From the IMG/VR virus record IMGVR_UViG_3300047409_000596, positions 1-62,251 of that record: a stretch of 62,251 nt of DNA. The stretch is one strand, 5' to 3'. Each line of letters opens with the position of its first letter. The stretch's first letter is position 1. Source of the stretch: a virus (Duplodnaviria; Caudoviricetes). Positions 1 to 9,705 of the stretch are shown in pieces. A program made the position numbers and the translations under genes. A model generated the notes under the pieces. That model did no database searches. It was not told the origin of the DNA and saw only the letters and a list, made by a program, of their open reading frames with translations.

Positions 1-60
1 GTTGGGGGGGGGGGGGGGGGCCCCCCCCCCGCGGGCCGGGGGGGCCCCGCCGGGCCCGCT
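1..60. other. Low-complexity G/C homopolymer runs, probably a contig-end artefact
   Basis: Long G and C runs unlike the rest of the window. Confidence 0.6.
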
Positions 61-111
61 CTCGGCCTCGTTCTGTGGCCTGGACGACGGCATGACGCAT
101 CAGTCCCCCCT

Positions 112-462
112 TCATTTCGTCCTGTCGTCCGTCTGCTGCCTCTGTTCTTCGACCATGATTTTCGTCTGAACGACTGCGGTCGAGGCAACTTTTTTGAGCA
201 GGTTAGTCTGCTCCGTCAACTCGTTCGCCTGCCTCGACTGGATCTCAACCACCCGTTGTAGCATGTCCGCCTGTTCCCGCCCCGTCTTGTCCCGGCTCTC
301 CTGGGAGCGCTCCATCGCGTCGATGAACTCAAGGTGACGCTTGGCGATGGGCTGGAGGATTTGCGTCGTCAAGTAGGTCAGCGCCTTCCAGGCCGCGAAC
401 CCCAGGACGACCAGGCAGGCCCCCGGGAAGCCGACCGTCTGGACAGCCTGTGCGAAATCCAT
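112..462 (-). CDS. Membrane protein with coiled coil, holin-like
   Basis: N-terminal TM segment (VGFPGACLVVLGFAAW) then coiled coil; GAGGGGGAG RBS; end of tail operon. Confidence 0.55.
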   Translation of the reverse strand: MDFAQAVQTVGFPGACLVVLGFAAWKALTYLTTQILQPIAKRHLEFIDAMERSQESRDKTGREQADMLQRVVEIQSRQANELTEQTNLLKKVASTAVVQTKIMVEEQRQQTDDRTK

Positions 463-553
463 TACTCCCCCTCGGTCAAGAGACGCCAGGGCGCTCCGGC
501 GTCCGCACCAGCAGTTTATCTGCCGGGCGGCAGCGCGTGCAAACGCGGCAGGG

Positions 554-1543
554 TCAGGGTCGCGTCGTGTTGCCGATCAGCAGCCGCCCCTGTGCCAGGG
601 CTGTCTCATCGCCCGCGTCCGTCCGCCAGACGTCGAAATAATAGGAACCCACCGCCTGCTTCGTGTTGGTGCTCGACAGGTCGATGGTCCAGACACCGTT
701 GACCGCGTCAACCAGTGTAATCCCGGACCCGGACGTCTTGGTCACGATGACGGCGGGCGGGTCGGACCCCTGATCTTTCTTGAGCCAGAACCCGAGCGTC
801 CAGCCGGACACGCCGCTGGCGGGGGCCTCGTCCATCGTCAGGGTGATCTCGACGGCCTCGCCGTAGACGCAGCCGAGGGGTTGAAGAAGGCTACTCACGT
901 CGAGGCTCCCCACCAGGGACAGGGCGATTTCGACCCGGCCGGTCAAGAGCAGGGCGGTTTCGTCGTGGCCAGCCAGGGCAAGGGCGGTTTCGACACGGCC
1001 GGCCAGAGACAGCTTGCGGACCGGAATGACAACGACGGGCGGGGCCGGAACCTGAACGCTGTACAGCCAGCCGCCAGTGCCTCGCCCCAGCAATACGTCC
1101 CGCCAGGGTGCTTCGCCGCGGGTGCGTGCCAGCCAGGGAAGAGAATCAACCGCGGGGGGCACAACCGGAACGGTCCCCGGGTTCCAGACGAGGGGACGCG
1201 CTTCGCCCGGAGCGTCTGCCGGAACGGGACGAAGGACCCTTCGCCAGGACAGCTGCTCGGCGGCCGTAACGCCGCCCGCGCCCGGGTTCCAGCGCGACGG
1301 CGTTACGGCCGCTTCCGGTTGTGCCGCCGGAACCGCTGGCCGGCGTTGCCAGGGCAGGCCCGTGTCGACGGGGAACGGGGGCAGCCGTTTCGCGGCTGGG
1401 GGTTCTCCCGGTAGTTCCGCCGCAACCTGTTGCCGCTTGAGCCACGGCAGCTGCTCGACGGGCGGTGGCACCGCGGCCGTCATCCCGGTGTGCCAGCGCG
1501 AACGCGGGCGGACGACGATAGTCGTTTGGCGGAGGATCGCCAC
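554..1543 (-). CDS. Virion/tail protein, Pro-rich repeats plus BppU-like C-terminal domain
   Basis: Repeated LPWxxR units; C-terminal ITLVDAVNGVWTIDL...YYFDVWRTD resembles baseplate-upper adaptor domains. Confidence 0.55.
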   Translation of the reverse strand: MAILRQTTIVVRPRSRWHTGMTAAVPPPVEQLPWLKRQQVAAELPGEPPAAKRLPPFPVDTGLPWQRRPAVPAAQPEAAVTPSRWNPGAGGVTAAEQLSWRRVLRPVPADAPGEARPLVWNPGTVPVVPPAVDSLPWLARTRGEAPWRDVLLGRGTGGWLYSVQVPAPPVVVIPVRKLSLAGRVETALALAGHDETALLLTGRVEIALSLVGSLDVSSLLQPLGCVYGEAVEITLTMDEAPASGVSGWTLGFWLKKDQGSDPPAVIVTKTSGSGITLVDAVNGVWTIDLSSTNTKQAVGSYYFDVWRTDAGDETALAQGRLLIGNTTRP

Positions 1544-1546
1544 GGC

Positions 1547-2017
1547 TTACGACCCGCTTTCCTCGAACTCGATCCCGCCGGAAAACGCACACGTCCCCGT
1601 TACGGTCGAAAGCAGTTCAAAGGTAAACTGCTCGTTGAGCCCGATCACGGGCGGGTTGGGGAAGCTATAGTCTAATCCGGCGTAGTTGTGAACACCCTGG
1701 GCCATGAGTACGACCGCCGTCCCCGAGGTCGTGGATGGCGTGGTGTCATTGACGCGCGCCGTCGCCGCTGCCGCTGCGTCCCCCGGGTCGAGAGGAACCG
1801 GCGTCGGTGCCGTGCCGCCTAAACCGTTGGTCACAGTGGCCGGCAGATACCGGCAGCGCAGCCGTAGGCTCTGCGCCGTCTGGAGCGTGGTACTGGTCGC
1901 CCCCAGCCAAACGCGTTTGATCCGGCACGTCTTGCCCGTCGACCCCTTCACAACGGCCAGATCCTGCGCCGCCGAAATCGTGACGTTCTCGAACGATACC
2001 GTATAAGCCCGGGCCAT
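1547..2017 (-). CDS. Virion structural protein (beta-rich)
   Basis: GAGG RBS, coding-like composition, in tail operon. Confidence 0.65.
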   Translation of the reverse strand: MARAYTVSFENVTISAAQDLAVVKGSTGKTCRIKRVWLGATSTTLQTAQSLRLRCRYLPATVTNGLGGTAPTPVPLDPGDAAAAATARVNDTTPSTTSGTAVVLMAQGVHNYAGLDYSFPNPPVIGLNEQFTFELLSTVTGTCAFSGGIEFEESGS

Positions 2018-2026
2018 GATTACCTC

Positions 2027-3433
2027 CTACACGAGTAGTGTTTCGTTGATGTACTGATCACCGGGGCGAAAGAGAACGGCAACCGGCGGGGCGGCAATCT
2101 GCCCGTCCACCAGCAGCCCCATCGCCGGCAGCGAGCTGATCAGGTCGTTACTCCAGTCCGTGGTAGCATTGGCGCGGGCGTAGTACAGATTGCCGCCCCC
2201 CGGCATGGCGGCGCGGAGGTTGGCGTCGGCACCCGTTCCGATGTCCAGGCGCTGGGGGCCACTGGTGACGGCGCCGGAGTAAGTCGCCACGATGCGGTAC
2301 TGCGTCCCGGCCAGGAGGGTGTAGGGCGTGCCGCCCGACGTCAGGCAGCCCAGGCGGTTGGCCGCGGCCCCGTACAGGATGTCTGTGGAAACGTTGCTCG
2401 CCGTCCCGGAAGGTCCATTGCTGCCCGTCCAGATTTCCAGGCCCGAGATGCTGGCGCTGGCAACCGTCCAGACGGCGCCGAAGATTGGTACATTGGCGAC
2501 CAGACCACTCGTTGTGATGACCAGGCCGCGGCGGTTGGTATCACTGGCGGGCGCCGTCCCGCCCGTGATCGGGTTCCCGAAAACGGTGGAGTCAGAGAAC
2601 GTCAGCACCATGTTGCCAACGACCGAGCCGGCTACAGAATTACCGGAGGCAAACCCGCCCGTGGTTGTGACCGAAAGCCACCGGCATAGGTGCTGACTGC
2701 CCGACGTCACGTCCATGAACGCCAGGCGAGTAGCGATGGTCGCGAAATCGGTAGCGCCGCCGTCCGCATCCCCGACGATGAAGTAGACACGAGCCAGGGC
2801 GGAAAGAACACTCGTCCAGCCCGTCGACTTGTTCCAGCCGGTCGTTGACGAGGGATTATACGTTTTGGACTCGGTCAGGGTAGCCGTGTCGGGCGACGCC
2901 GCCCCCGCACTCGCCTCGGGACGCAACTCCAGATTCAGGTCGTCGACATTGGCGGCCGTGCCGGTGAAAGACGAGATGTAAAAGTATACATTGTTGATCG
3001 TTTTACCACCGGGAGGGCACAGGTAGCGGACCGACAGAGCATTGCCGGACGTGCCCGCAACGTAGTTGTTGTTGAGGGCCAGCGTACCCACCGAACCGAG
3101 GGCCGCGTCACGGAGAATCTGAAAGGGGAAGACGTCGGCGCTGCTGAAGAGCGCCGCGACCCGCTCGCAGTCCCGCTCCCGCTTGAGCAGCCGCTCCGCC
3201 AGCCGCCTTTGCCGCCCCCGCGTGGGCTCCGCCTCCACCCGCTCCTTCCAGTGCCGCCACTTCCTTACAGCCTCTCGCTGGTCCTGGGACGGCCTCCACT
3301 CGTCGCGGGCCTCGCCCTTACCCAGGTACGGACGCAGCGCCTTGTCCCTGCGGTCGAGCACAAAGGGAGCGGACAACTCTCCCGTGGGGAGCCACCAGTT
3401 GCGAATCAGGTGGTAGCGGCCAGTAAAGGGCAC
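2027..3433 (-). CDS. Tail-associated protein
   Basis: 468-aa ORF with Thr/Gly/Ser-rich beta content, in tail operon. Confidence 0.6.
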   Translation of the reverse strand: MPFTGRYHLIRNWWLPTGELSAPFVLDRRDKALRPYLGKGEARDEWRPSQDQREAVRKWRHWKERVEAEPTRGRQRRLAERLLKRERDCERVAALFSSADVFPFQILRDAALGSVGTLALNNNYVAGTSGNALSVRYLCPPGGKTINNVYFYISSFTGTAANVDDLNLELRPEASAGAASPDTATLTESKTYNPSSTTGWNKSTGWTSVLSALARVYFIVGDADGGATDFATIATRLAFMDVTSGSQHLCRWLSVTTTGGFASGNSVAGSVVGNMVLTFSDSTVFGNPITGGTAPASDTNRRGLVITTSGLVANVPIFGAVWTVASASISGLEIWTGSNGPSGTASNVSTDILYGAAANRLGCLTSGGTPYTLLAGTQYRIVATYSGAVTSGPQRLDIGTGADANLRAAMPGGGNLYYARANATTDWSNDLISSLPAMGLLVDGQIAAPPVAVLFRPGDQYINETLLV

Positions 3434-3759
3434 TACTTCGACTCCGCGGTTGCCAAATGCGGCCAGGTCGCTTCGTCCAGAGTGAACCGGAGCACCTCAA
3501 AGCCGATACTTCTGACCTGCTCGCCATCAACGGTCGTTGTCACCGAGCGCTCGGGAATCGGGTCGGGTAACGGCTCACACAAGTACCACATGCCGTCCTG
3601 GAACTTCGACCGCCGCACGTCGCTGTAATGCGGGAAGGCCACCTGCGCGTGGGCGACGGCCTTTTCGAGGCTGGAGAACACCCCGAAAACGGCGTCGCTC
3701 TCGTGATCCGCCGATTCGTGCAGGATAAAGACCTCCATCGTAGCTCCTTTGAAAGGCAC
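3433..3759 (-). CDS. Hypothetical protein
   Basis: VFGVFSSLEKAVAHA motif typical of small phage proteins; coupled to the next gene. Confidence 0.55.
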   Translation of the reverse strand: MPFKGATMEVFILHESADHESDAVFGVFSSLEKAVAHAQVAFPHYSDVRRSKFQDGMWYLCEPLPDPIPERSVTTTVDGEQVRSIGFEVLRFTLDEATWPHLATAESK

Positions 3760-3765
3760 GGAACC

Positions 3766-3993
3766 TCAGTACCGGAAGTCGTGGGCCGCTACCGCCGCCT
3801 TGGCGTCTTCTGTCAGGGTCGAGTAGCCCGCTTCACGCAGGAACGTGCCGATGTTGTTGATGACGGAGATGCTCGAATCATCGGGCGGCGTGAAGAGAGC
3901 GTCGACCGTGGTCCCGTAGCCGTAAGGCCCCATCTGGATCGTGACGTTGCCGCTTTCGTCGGGGCCGACGATGACGACGTTCTGGACGGCCAT
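3766..3993 (-). CDS. Hypothetical virion-region protein
   Basis: ATG at 3993 with GAGG RBS. Confidence 0.6.
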   Translation of the reverse strand: MAVQNVVIVGPDESGNVTIQMGPYGYGTTVDALFTPPDDSSISVINNIGTFLREAGYSTLTEDAKAAVAAHDFRY

Positions 3994-4001
3994 AGATTCC
4001 T

Positions 4002-4280
4002 CTAGGTCAGGGTGACGATGTTCGTTGCCGCATTGAGGTTGATGGTGAGCGTCTTGCCGACGATGTTGGCGATGTTGAGGCCGGGGTCTTTCGCCTTCCA
4101 GACCCGGAACGCCAGGGCGAGGACGTCCTCTTCCGTGAGCGGATGGTCGTCGACCCACTGCGAAAACGCGGCGGCGGAGGCAAAGACGATGCCGCGACTG
4201 GCATCACCGTTGATCGTGTACTTCGCCTCGTAGCCGTTGGCGACGTTCTTCACGCCGGTAATCGAAAACGTAGTGGCCAT
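4002..4280 (-). CDS. Hypothetical virion-region protein
   Basis: TGATG coupling with upstream gene. Confidence 0.65.
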   Translation of the reverse strand: MATTFSITGVKNVANGYEAKYTINGDASRGIVFASAAAFSQWVDDHPLTEEDVLALAFRVWKAKDPGLNIANIVGKTLTINLNAATNIVTLT

Positions 4281-4642
4281 CAGGCAGACTCCGTCCAGTG
4301 TGTCGCCGAGACATACCCTTTTACACTGGATCCGCCTGCGGCAAGGGTAATAATCATGGCCGTGTTCGGACTCCCTTCCTTGGCGGGCGTGAAGTTCAAA
4401 GGGCCAACCCCTGCCGAGGTAACGGGCAACTGAAAGACAACGTTGCCGGCGCCGTCCTCGATCGTGAGTTTGCCTGCGGTCGGCGCTCCGTCGTAACCGA
4501 AAAACAGCTGACCGACGACATGGCCTCGTCCACTCGCGGCCGCATAGGTAACGACGGCGGGCGTATTTGCGGCCGGAGCGGCGACGTCCTCGGGGCCAGC
4601 CACGACGCGGCCCGGAGTGCCGGTGTAGATTGCGGTGCCCAT
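4280..4642 (-). CDS. Small beta-sandwich virion protein
   Basis: ATG at 4642 after AAGGAGG RBS. Confidence 0.65.
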   Translation of the reverse strand: MGTAIYTGTPGRVVAGPEDVAAPAANTPAVVTYAAASGRGHVVGQLFFGYDGAPTAGKLTIEDGAGNVVFQLPVTSAGVGPLNFTPAKEGSPNTAMIITLAAGGSSVKGYVSATHWTESA

Positions 4643-4653
4643 GATGGCCTCCT

Positions 4654-5541
4654 TCACTTCACGAACAAAACCCGGGCGCCAGAAGCCCCCAGAATGATCC
4701 GGTTGACCGCCGACGAATAGACGCACCCACCGGCCACGTTGGCGGGCAAGGTCGCGTTGATGTCTGTCACCGTCTTGTCCGTTTCGATCTTGGTCAACAG
4801 TGCATTGGCACGGCCGATATAAATACGCCCGTCCGCATCGCCGCACGCCTGGTTGTTGACATTCATCACGTTCGTAAAACCCTGTGCTGGACCGGCCCCC
4901 GTCGTGTTGCCGGCAGCCCCGGTCCCCAGGAGGACTTCCATGCGCTGCTGGCGGCGCAGAAACCGGAGCAGAATAGCCCCGCTCTGTCCCACCGACGCCA
5001 GGCCCGTGGCCGTGACGAGCAGGGAATCCGTGTCCCTGTCCACGACCCCCAGGCCAACCGGATTATGAACACTGCTGATATCGTAATAGTAGCTGGCCGT
5101 CACCGTGGGCACGTCGAAGGCGTAAATCTTCTTGGCAACATTGCCCTGGTTGCAAAGAAGCAACCGATTTACGTTGGCCGGGTCGAAAAGCATCGATCGC
5201 CACAGGCCCGTCTGTCCATCGAAATTGTTGACCGTCCCAAGCAGGGTGGCCGCAGGAGAGGCCACGGGGATGGTGTAAATCTGCCCGTTGTCCTGCAAGA
5301 CGTAGAGGGTCAGGTCATCCGGGGAAAGGCAGATCGCGGTGGGGGACGTCAGTCCCGTCACCGGCCAGGAGCCGCCAGAGGCTACCCCGGTGGCCACCGT
5401 GAACTGATAGACCTTACCGGCGCTGTTGGTGCAGTAAGCGAACGTCCCGGTCGAATCAATGCAGACGCCCGCCGTGGTACCGGAGCCGGCATTCACCTGG
5501 GTATTGAAGTCAATCGTCCCCGCGATGGCGCTGGGCATCAC
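4654..5541 (-). CDS. Beta-propeller protein (YncE/NHL-like), candidate receptor-binding protein
   Basis: Repeated blades (GVCIDSTGTFAYCT, PTAICLSPDDLTLYV, PVGLGVVD). Confidence 0.65.
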   Translation of the reverse strand: MMPSAIAGTIDFNTQVNAGSGTTAGVCIDSTGTFAYCTNSAGKVYQFTVATGVASGGSWPVTGLTSPTAICLSPDDLTLYVLQDNGQIYTIPVASPAATLLGTVNNFDGQTGLWRSMLFDPANVNRLLLCNQGNVAKKIYAFDVPTVTASYYYDISSVHNPVGLGVVDRDTDSLLVTATGLASVGQSGAILLRFLRRQQRMEVLLGTGAAGNTTGAGPAQGFTNVMNVNNQACGDADGRIYIGRANALLTKIETDKTVTDINATLPANVAGGCVYSSAVNRIILGASGARVLFVK

Positions 5542-7355
5542 GTCACCGCCTGACTGCAGTTCAGCAACCAGTTGTACAGAGGGCAGCCGTCAATCGACAC
5601 TTCCGGGTCGCTGTCCCTGATATTGCCGCGAGCCGGATGAGAAAAGCTCCCTGCGTTATTGGAGCCGGCCGGGTTCATGCCCCAGCCGTAGTGCAGCACG
5701 AACGTGGACGGCGTCCCGGTGGGTGCCCCCGACAGGCCAACGGTCAGGTCCACCCCCGAGGCGGCAACGGCCACGGACGTCACCGTGACCGCGGCGCCGC
5801 TGTCGTCGAGGAACGTGAAGCCGCACACCCCCGTCGGGGAGACGAACGCCACGGTGGGCAGGCTGGTATAGCCCGTCCCCGCCGCCGTGACGGCGGTCGA
5901 GGTGATCGTGCCGTTGGCGTCCATCGTCGGGGTCGCGGTAGCGCCCGAGCCGGCCCCGCCCGAGAACGTGACCGTGGTTCCCGCGGGATAGGCCACCCCC
6001 CCGGCGGTCACGACGAGGGAGCTCACTCCCCAGGTAATCGTAAACGTGGGAACCCCGGCGCCGACTCCGCTCGTACTGCCCTGACTCACCGGGTTGGAGG
6101 GCAAAACCGTGTAAGTCCCTGCCGTCTGGACGCTGACCGTGGTGATGACACCGGCCGATACGCCCGTCACCAGCAGGACCACCGCCTGGGTGAACGTGCC
6201 TCCCGTGAGCGTCACTGTGTCGTTGACGGCGTACCCGGACGTCCCCCCGGCGACAACGACTGCCGAAACGGCCCCCAGTTTCGAGGCTGCGGTGGCCCCC
6301 GACCCCACAGGAACCGTGTTGGCGTCCAGTACCAGCGTCTTGTCGATCACCAGCGGCGGTGCGGGGACGTTGAGGTTGACCGTGATGGTCGAGCCCGACA
6401 GCGTGGCCTGTCGGATGTGCAGGGGAAACCAGTTTCCCTTGCCGAACAGGGTGCGGTACGCGGCCTTGGCGATCATGGCCCCATGCCAGCGCTGACTGCC
6501 GGGGGCCTGATGGATGCCGTCGCTGCAATACTGGTAGAGATACTGGGGGCCGGTCAGGAACAGCACGCGCCGGTTGGCCTGCCACGCCTGAATTTGCTGG
6601 ACGTCCACCGGCACCACGACCAGCGCTTGCCAGGCCGGCTGATAATACTCCTGCTGTGAAAAGAACGCCAGGACGGGCACCTGTTGCCCCGTGATGGCCT
6701 GGATGTCCTGCTGGAAGTCGATCTGCCACTGAGGAAGATCGGTGACATACGTGGCAGAAAAGACGGCGGCGTCCGTATAACCATGCAGGATCAAAAGATA
6801 GACGCGGTGGGGGATACCGCGCTGCCGGGCGTAATTGTAGCCGGCGGTGACCTGGGACAGGCCATTGCGGTAAGGCTGCGTGCCCTTCTTCATGAGGGCG
6901 TAGGCCGTGCCATCAATTCCACAGTTGGACACCAGGATCGTCTTGCCCCCGGCCCGGCGGGACAGTTCGCCGGCAAACGAGGACGCAATCGTTTCGCCAT
7001 GTCCCGCCGTTCCAGAAACGGACCAGTACCGATCGTCGATCTCACAAAGCGGCACGAACGACGTGATAGGCGGATCGACCGCGGCTTCCGTCCCTGGCAA
7101 GGGCGAAAGGCCGAGGCGCACGCCCTGGCTGGGCATCAGGTGTCGGAGGGATCGCGGGTAGGTCGTGACCGGCTCGGGGTCAGGGTAATTCTGGTAGGTG
7201 TAGGTGCCGTTGCTGTTGCTCTGCCCCAGTACCAAAAACTGGTACAGGGTCGGGTCGTAGCCACTTTTGCCCGCCCGCCGTCCGCGAGGGGCGCGCGGGC
7301 TGGGGCGGCGCAAGACCGGGGCATTACGACGGGGATGATCGAGGCCGGCGGTCAC
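5538..7355 (-). CDS. Tail protein with SGNH/sialate O-acetylesterase-like domain and Gly/Thr-rich fibre repeats
   Basis: GQSN catalytic-Ser motif, DGIH (DxxH) motif, repeated V-x-V-x-x-x-G-x-G-Y units. Confidence 0.7.
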   Translation of the reverse strand: MTAGLDHPRRNAPVLRRPSPRAPRGRRAGKSGYDPTLYQFLVLGQSNSNGTYTYQNYPDPEPVTTYPRSLRHLMPSQGVRLGLSPLPGTEAAVDPPITSFVPLCEIDDRYWSVSGTAGHGETIASSFAGELSRRAGGKTILVSNCGIDGTAYALMKKGTQPYRNGLSQVTAGYNYARQRGIPHRVYLLILHGYTDAAVFSATYVTDLPQWQIDFQQDIQAITGQQVPVLAFFSQQEYYQPAWQALVVVPVDVQQIQAWQANRRVLFLTGPQYLYQYCSDGIHQAPGSQRWHGAMIAKAAYRTLFGKGNWFPLHIRQATLSGSTITVNLNVPAPPLVIDKTLVLDANTVPVGSGATAASKLGAVSAVVVAGGTSGYAVNDTVTLTGGTFTQAVVLLVTGVSAGVITTVSVQTAGTYTVLPSNPVSQGSTSGVGAGVPTFTITWGVSSLVVTAGGVAYPAGTTVTFSGGAGSGATATPTMDANGTITSTAVTAAGTGYTSLPTVAFVSPTGVCGFTFLDDSGAAVTVTSVAVAASGVDLTVGLSGAPTGTPSTFVLHYGWGMNPAGSNNAGSFSHPARGNIRDSDPEVSIDGCPLYNWLLNCSQAVT

Positions 7356-7765
7356 GGTGTCACCTGATTATCAGTACCAAAGAAGAGAAAGTGCAGTTCG
7401 GCGCTTGCCGCAAGCGCCGTGCGTGCCTGCACCTTGAAGGAGGCCGTGCTCGGGATCGTCCAGTCGTCGAAACGCTCCTCGAACTGGAGCACATCCGTGT
7501 TATTCACCATAGGGAAGGCGGCTATTTCATAGTCGGCCGAACCGTCGTTGTACAGAATGGCGACCTTTGTTGTGCCGCCCGGCAGCGTGCCGTTAGACCA
7601 GACGCGGATTCTGTTGAGCCGCGTGCCGGCAGCAGGGGGCGCGAAGGTGACGGCCTTGGCGGTCGTGGTGTCGGTACTGGTTAATTTTGCCACGCCGTTG
7701 CGCGGTGGCCCGTCGAAGACGGGGGCGCTGGCGGCATAGGTCGGTGTGGTGGTTGTTGCGGCCAC
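7352..7765 (-). CDS. Virion structural protein
   Basis: AAGGAG RBS, GTG start, coupled to the next gene. Confidence 0.6.
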   Translation of the reverse strand: MAATTTTPTYAASAPVFDGPPRNGVAKLTSTDTTTAKAVTFAPPAAGTRLNRIRVWSNGTLPGGTTKVAILYNDGSADYEIAAFPMVNNTDVLQFEERFDDWTIPSTASFKVQARTALAASAELHFLFFGTDNQVTP

Positions 7766-7777
7766 TAGCTTGCTCCT

Positions 7778-8320
7778 TTATTTGAAGGCGGCACCCTGGA
7801 CTTCTAGCCACGGTCGCAGCAACACGAGGTCGGCGCCGGCCAGTTGCGGGGTCGTCAGTCCGTTACCGACGTGGCCCGCCAGTAGATAGCGGAAGCCGGC
7901 CAGCGCCTGATAGTCGAAGGTGTCGGCGGGCGGGCCGCCCCCGCCTCCTGTCGTCGTGGCACTCGCCGCCGTGGTAAATGCCGACGAGCCGTCCACGTTG
8001 AACGCCTGGATGCGATACCAGTATTTCGTCCCCGCTGTCAGGCCCGTATCTTGATACGCCAGCGCCGTCGGAGCGATCGTCGGTGCGATCGTGGCCCAGG
8101 TTCCGGGTGAGCCCGCCGAGTCGGGCGCCCGCTGGAGCAGGTAGCCTGTTTGTGTGCCCGGCGAGGTCCACGAGGCGTCGATCTCGGTGTCGGACGCCGC
8201 CACGACGGCGAAATTGCCGGGCGTGCCGGGCGGCGCGGGCGGGGGCGGTGGCGGACCGGCCCCGCTTCCGATCCCCAGCCCGGACAACCCCGACAGTCCG
8301 GACAACCCCGACAGGCTCAT
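7778..8320 (-). CDS. Fibronectin type III domain protein
   Basis: P..P..F.V.A.SDTEI..SW...GYLLQR...YQDTGLTAGTKYWYRIQAFN..GSS; N-terminal (SGL)x4. Confidence 0.85.
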   Translation of the reverse strand: MSLSGLSGLSGLSGLGIGSGAGPPPPPPAPPGTPGNFAVVAASDTEIDASWTSPGTQTGYLLQRAPDSAGSPGTWATIAPTIAPTALAYQDTGLTAGTKYWYRIQAFNVDGSSAFTTAASATTTGGGGGPPADTFDYQALAGFRYLLAGHVGNGLTTPQLAGADLVLLRPWLEVQGAAFK

Positions 8321-8422
8321 ACCGTTTCCTCGTCGGCCGGGTCCGTGGCCAGCCGGTACGCCAGCCAGGAGAAGAAGACGGCCAGCAGCAACTGCACGCA
8401 GACGTCGACCATGCGAGGCATG

Positions 8423-9118
8423 TTACCCGGCGCGGCCCCGTTCGGGCAAACGGGCGCGTTCGGCACGCAGCTGCTCCCTGGCAGGGTCGTGTTCGCCAGC
8501 AGGGCCGACAAACAGCGCCCGCGGCCGGGTCGGAAAGCGCGGGGCCGGTCCGTACCACCAGCAGGCCAGCGTCTTGCGCTGATAACCCGGCGGACAGGTC
8601 AGCGGCCTTGGAACGCCGTGATAGGAGACGTCGGACGTCTCGAACACGACCAGCCGGCCGGGAGCGGGGTGGATATGCACGACGGGGCCGGTTCGCTCAG
8701 CGTCCCAGAACTCCAGGGCGCCGCCCCATTCGGCCGGCCAGTCGTCGAGGAAGAGTACGGCGTTGAGGCGGCGGGACAGGCCACAACCCGGATGGACGTC
8801 AGCGTCCAAATGGAGATCGAGGAAACCGCCCCGGCCCATGTCATGCATGCCACCGCCCCAGAGGTTCATGTCCGGGAGCAGTGGCGGGGTGAACAGGTGG
8901 TCGAGGCGCAATACCAGCATCCGGCGCAGCAAGTCTTTCACGGCCTCGGGGAACATCACCCATTCATTGCAGGTGCGTTTGCGCTCCAGGGGTGTGTCAT
9001 AGCGTGCCCCCCAGCCGGGCCAGTGCTCATCGGGCCAGACGGCGGCGGCGCGGGCACAGAGGACAGGTTCCCAGCCGTCCTCGATCGCGTGCCGGAAGGG
9101 TTCCGCGTACAGCTGCAT
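8423..9118 (-). CDS. 2OG-Fe(II) oxygenase (prolyl-hydroxylase-like)
   Basis: GGGMH..GRGGFLDLHLD (HxD), WGGALEFW, SYHG, RKT motifs. Confidence 0.85.
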   Translation of the reverse strand: MQLYAEPFRHAIEDGWEPVLCARAAAVWPDEHWPGWGARYDTPLERKRTCNEWVMFPEAVKDLLRRMLVLRLDHLFTPPLLPDMNLWGGGMHDMGRGGFLDLHLDADVHPGCGLSRRLNAVLFLDDWPAEWGGALEFWDAERTGPVVHIHPAPGRLVVFETSDVSYHGVPRPLTCPPGYQRKTLACWWYGPAPRFPTRPRALFVGPAGEHDPAREQLRAERARLPERGRAG

Positions 9119-9120
9119 GG

Positions 9121-9705
9121 TCAACTCCTGCGTGCCAGAATTTCGGCCCCCAGCCAGGCGGGGGCCTCGAAGTTCCACGTCCCGCCCGTGTCGTTCACAA
9201 GGGGAACCACCTTGCACAGCCGCAGGTGCCGGGTTGCCACGGCCCACCAGCCGCGGTCCGGAGCGAACAGTTCGCGCAGTGCGTCCGTGGTGAACCGCCA
9301 GTAATCGCCGGGATAGCCATGGACAGGGAACGTCTGCGGGACGTGGACGTAGAGCCACGCGCCCGGACGAAGCACCAGGGCCAGCTGGTCGGCTACCTCC
9401 CACGGCCGGCGGCAGTGTTCCAGGACGTCGACGGCGATTGCGGCATCGAAGTGGGCGCGGGGGAAGCGGCCGGACAGCTGGTGAGCGTCGCAGACAATAC
9501 CCACACCTTCGCCGTCCAGAAGGTCAACGCTCCACCAGTCGGCAAGGGAATTGGCTGTTAGGATCTTCTCACGATGATGCTTCGGCGGATTCCCGTTCCA
9601 GGCGCGCGTTCCCAATTCCAGGACGCTCAGCGCCGGCCCTTCTGCGAGCCGTTCCAGGAACATCGCCAGACAGTCCGGCTCATCAAACATCGTTGGTGAT
9701 GACAT
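9121..9705 (-). CDS. Class I SAM-dependent methyltransferase
   Basis: VLELGT, DAH, VLEH..RPW, LRPG, PVHGYPGDYWRFT. Confidence 0.85.
   Translation of the reverse strand: MSSPTMFDEPDCLAMFLERLAEGPALSVLELGTRAWNGNPPKHHREKILTANSLADWWSVDLLDGEGVGIVCDAHQLSGRFPRAHFDAAIAVDVLEHCRRPWEVADQLALVLRPGAWLYVHVPQTFPVHGYPGDYWRFTTDALRELFAPDRGWWAVATRHLRLCKVVPLVNDTGGTWNFEAPAWLGAEILARRS

Noticed and set aside
1-60. G-quadruplex or terminal-repeat-like G/C runs
   Set aside because: At the contig edge and unlike the rest of the window; most likely low-quality sequence.
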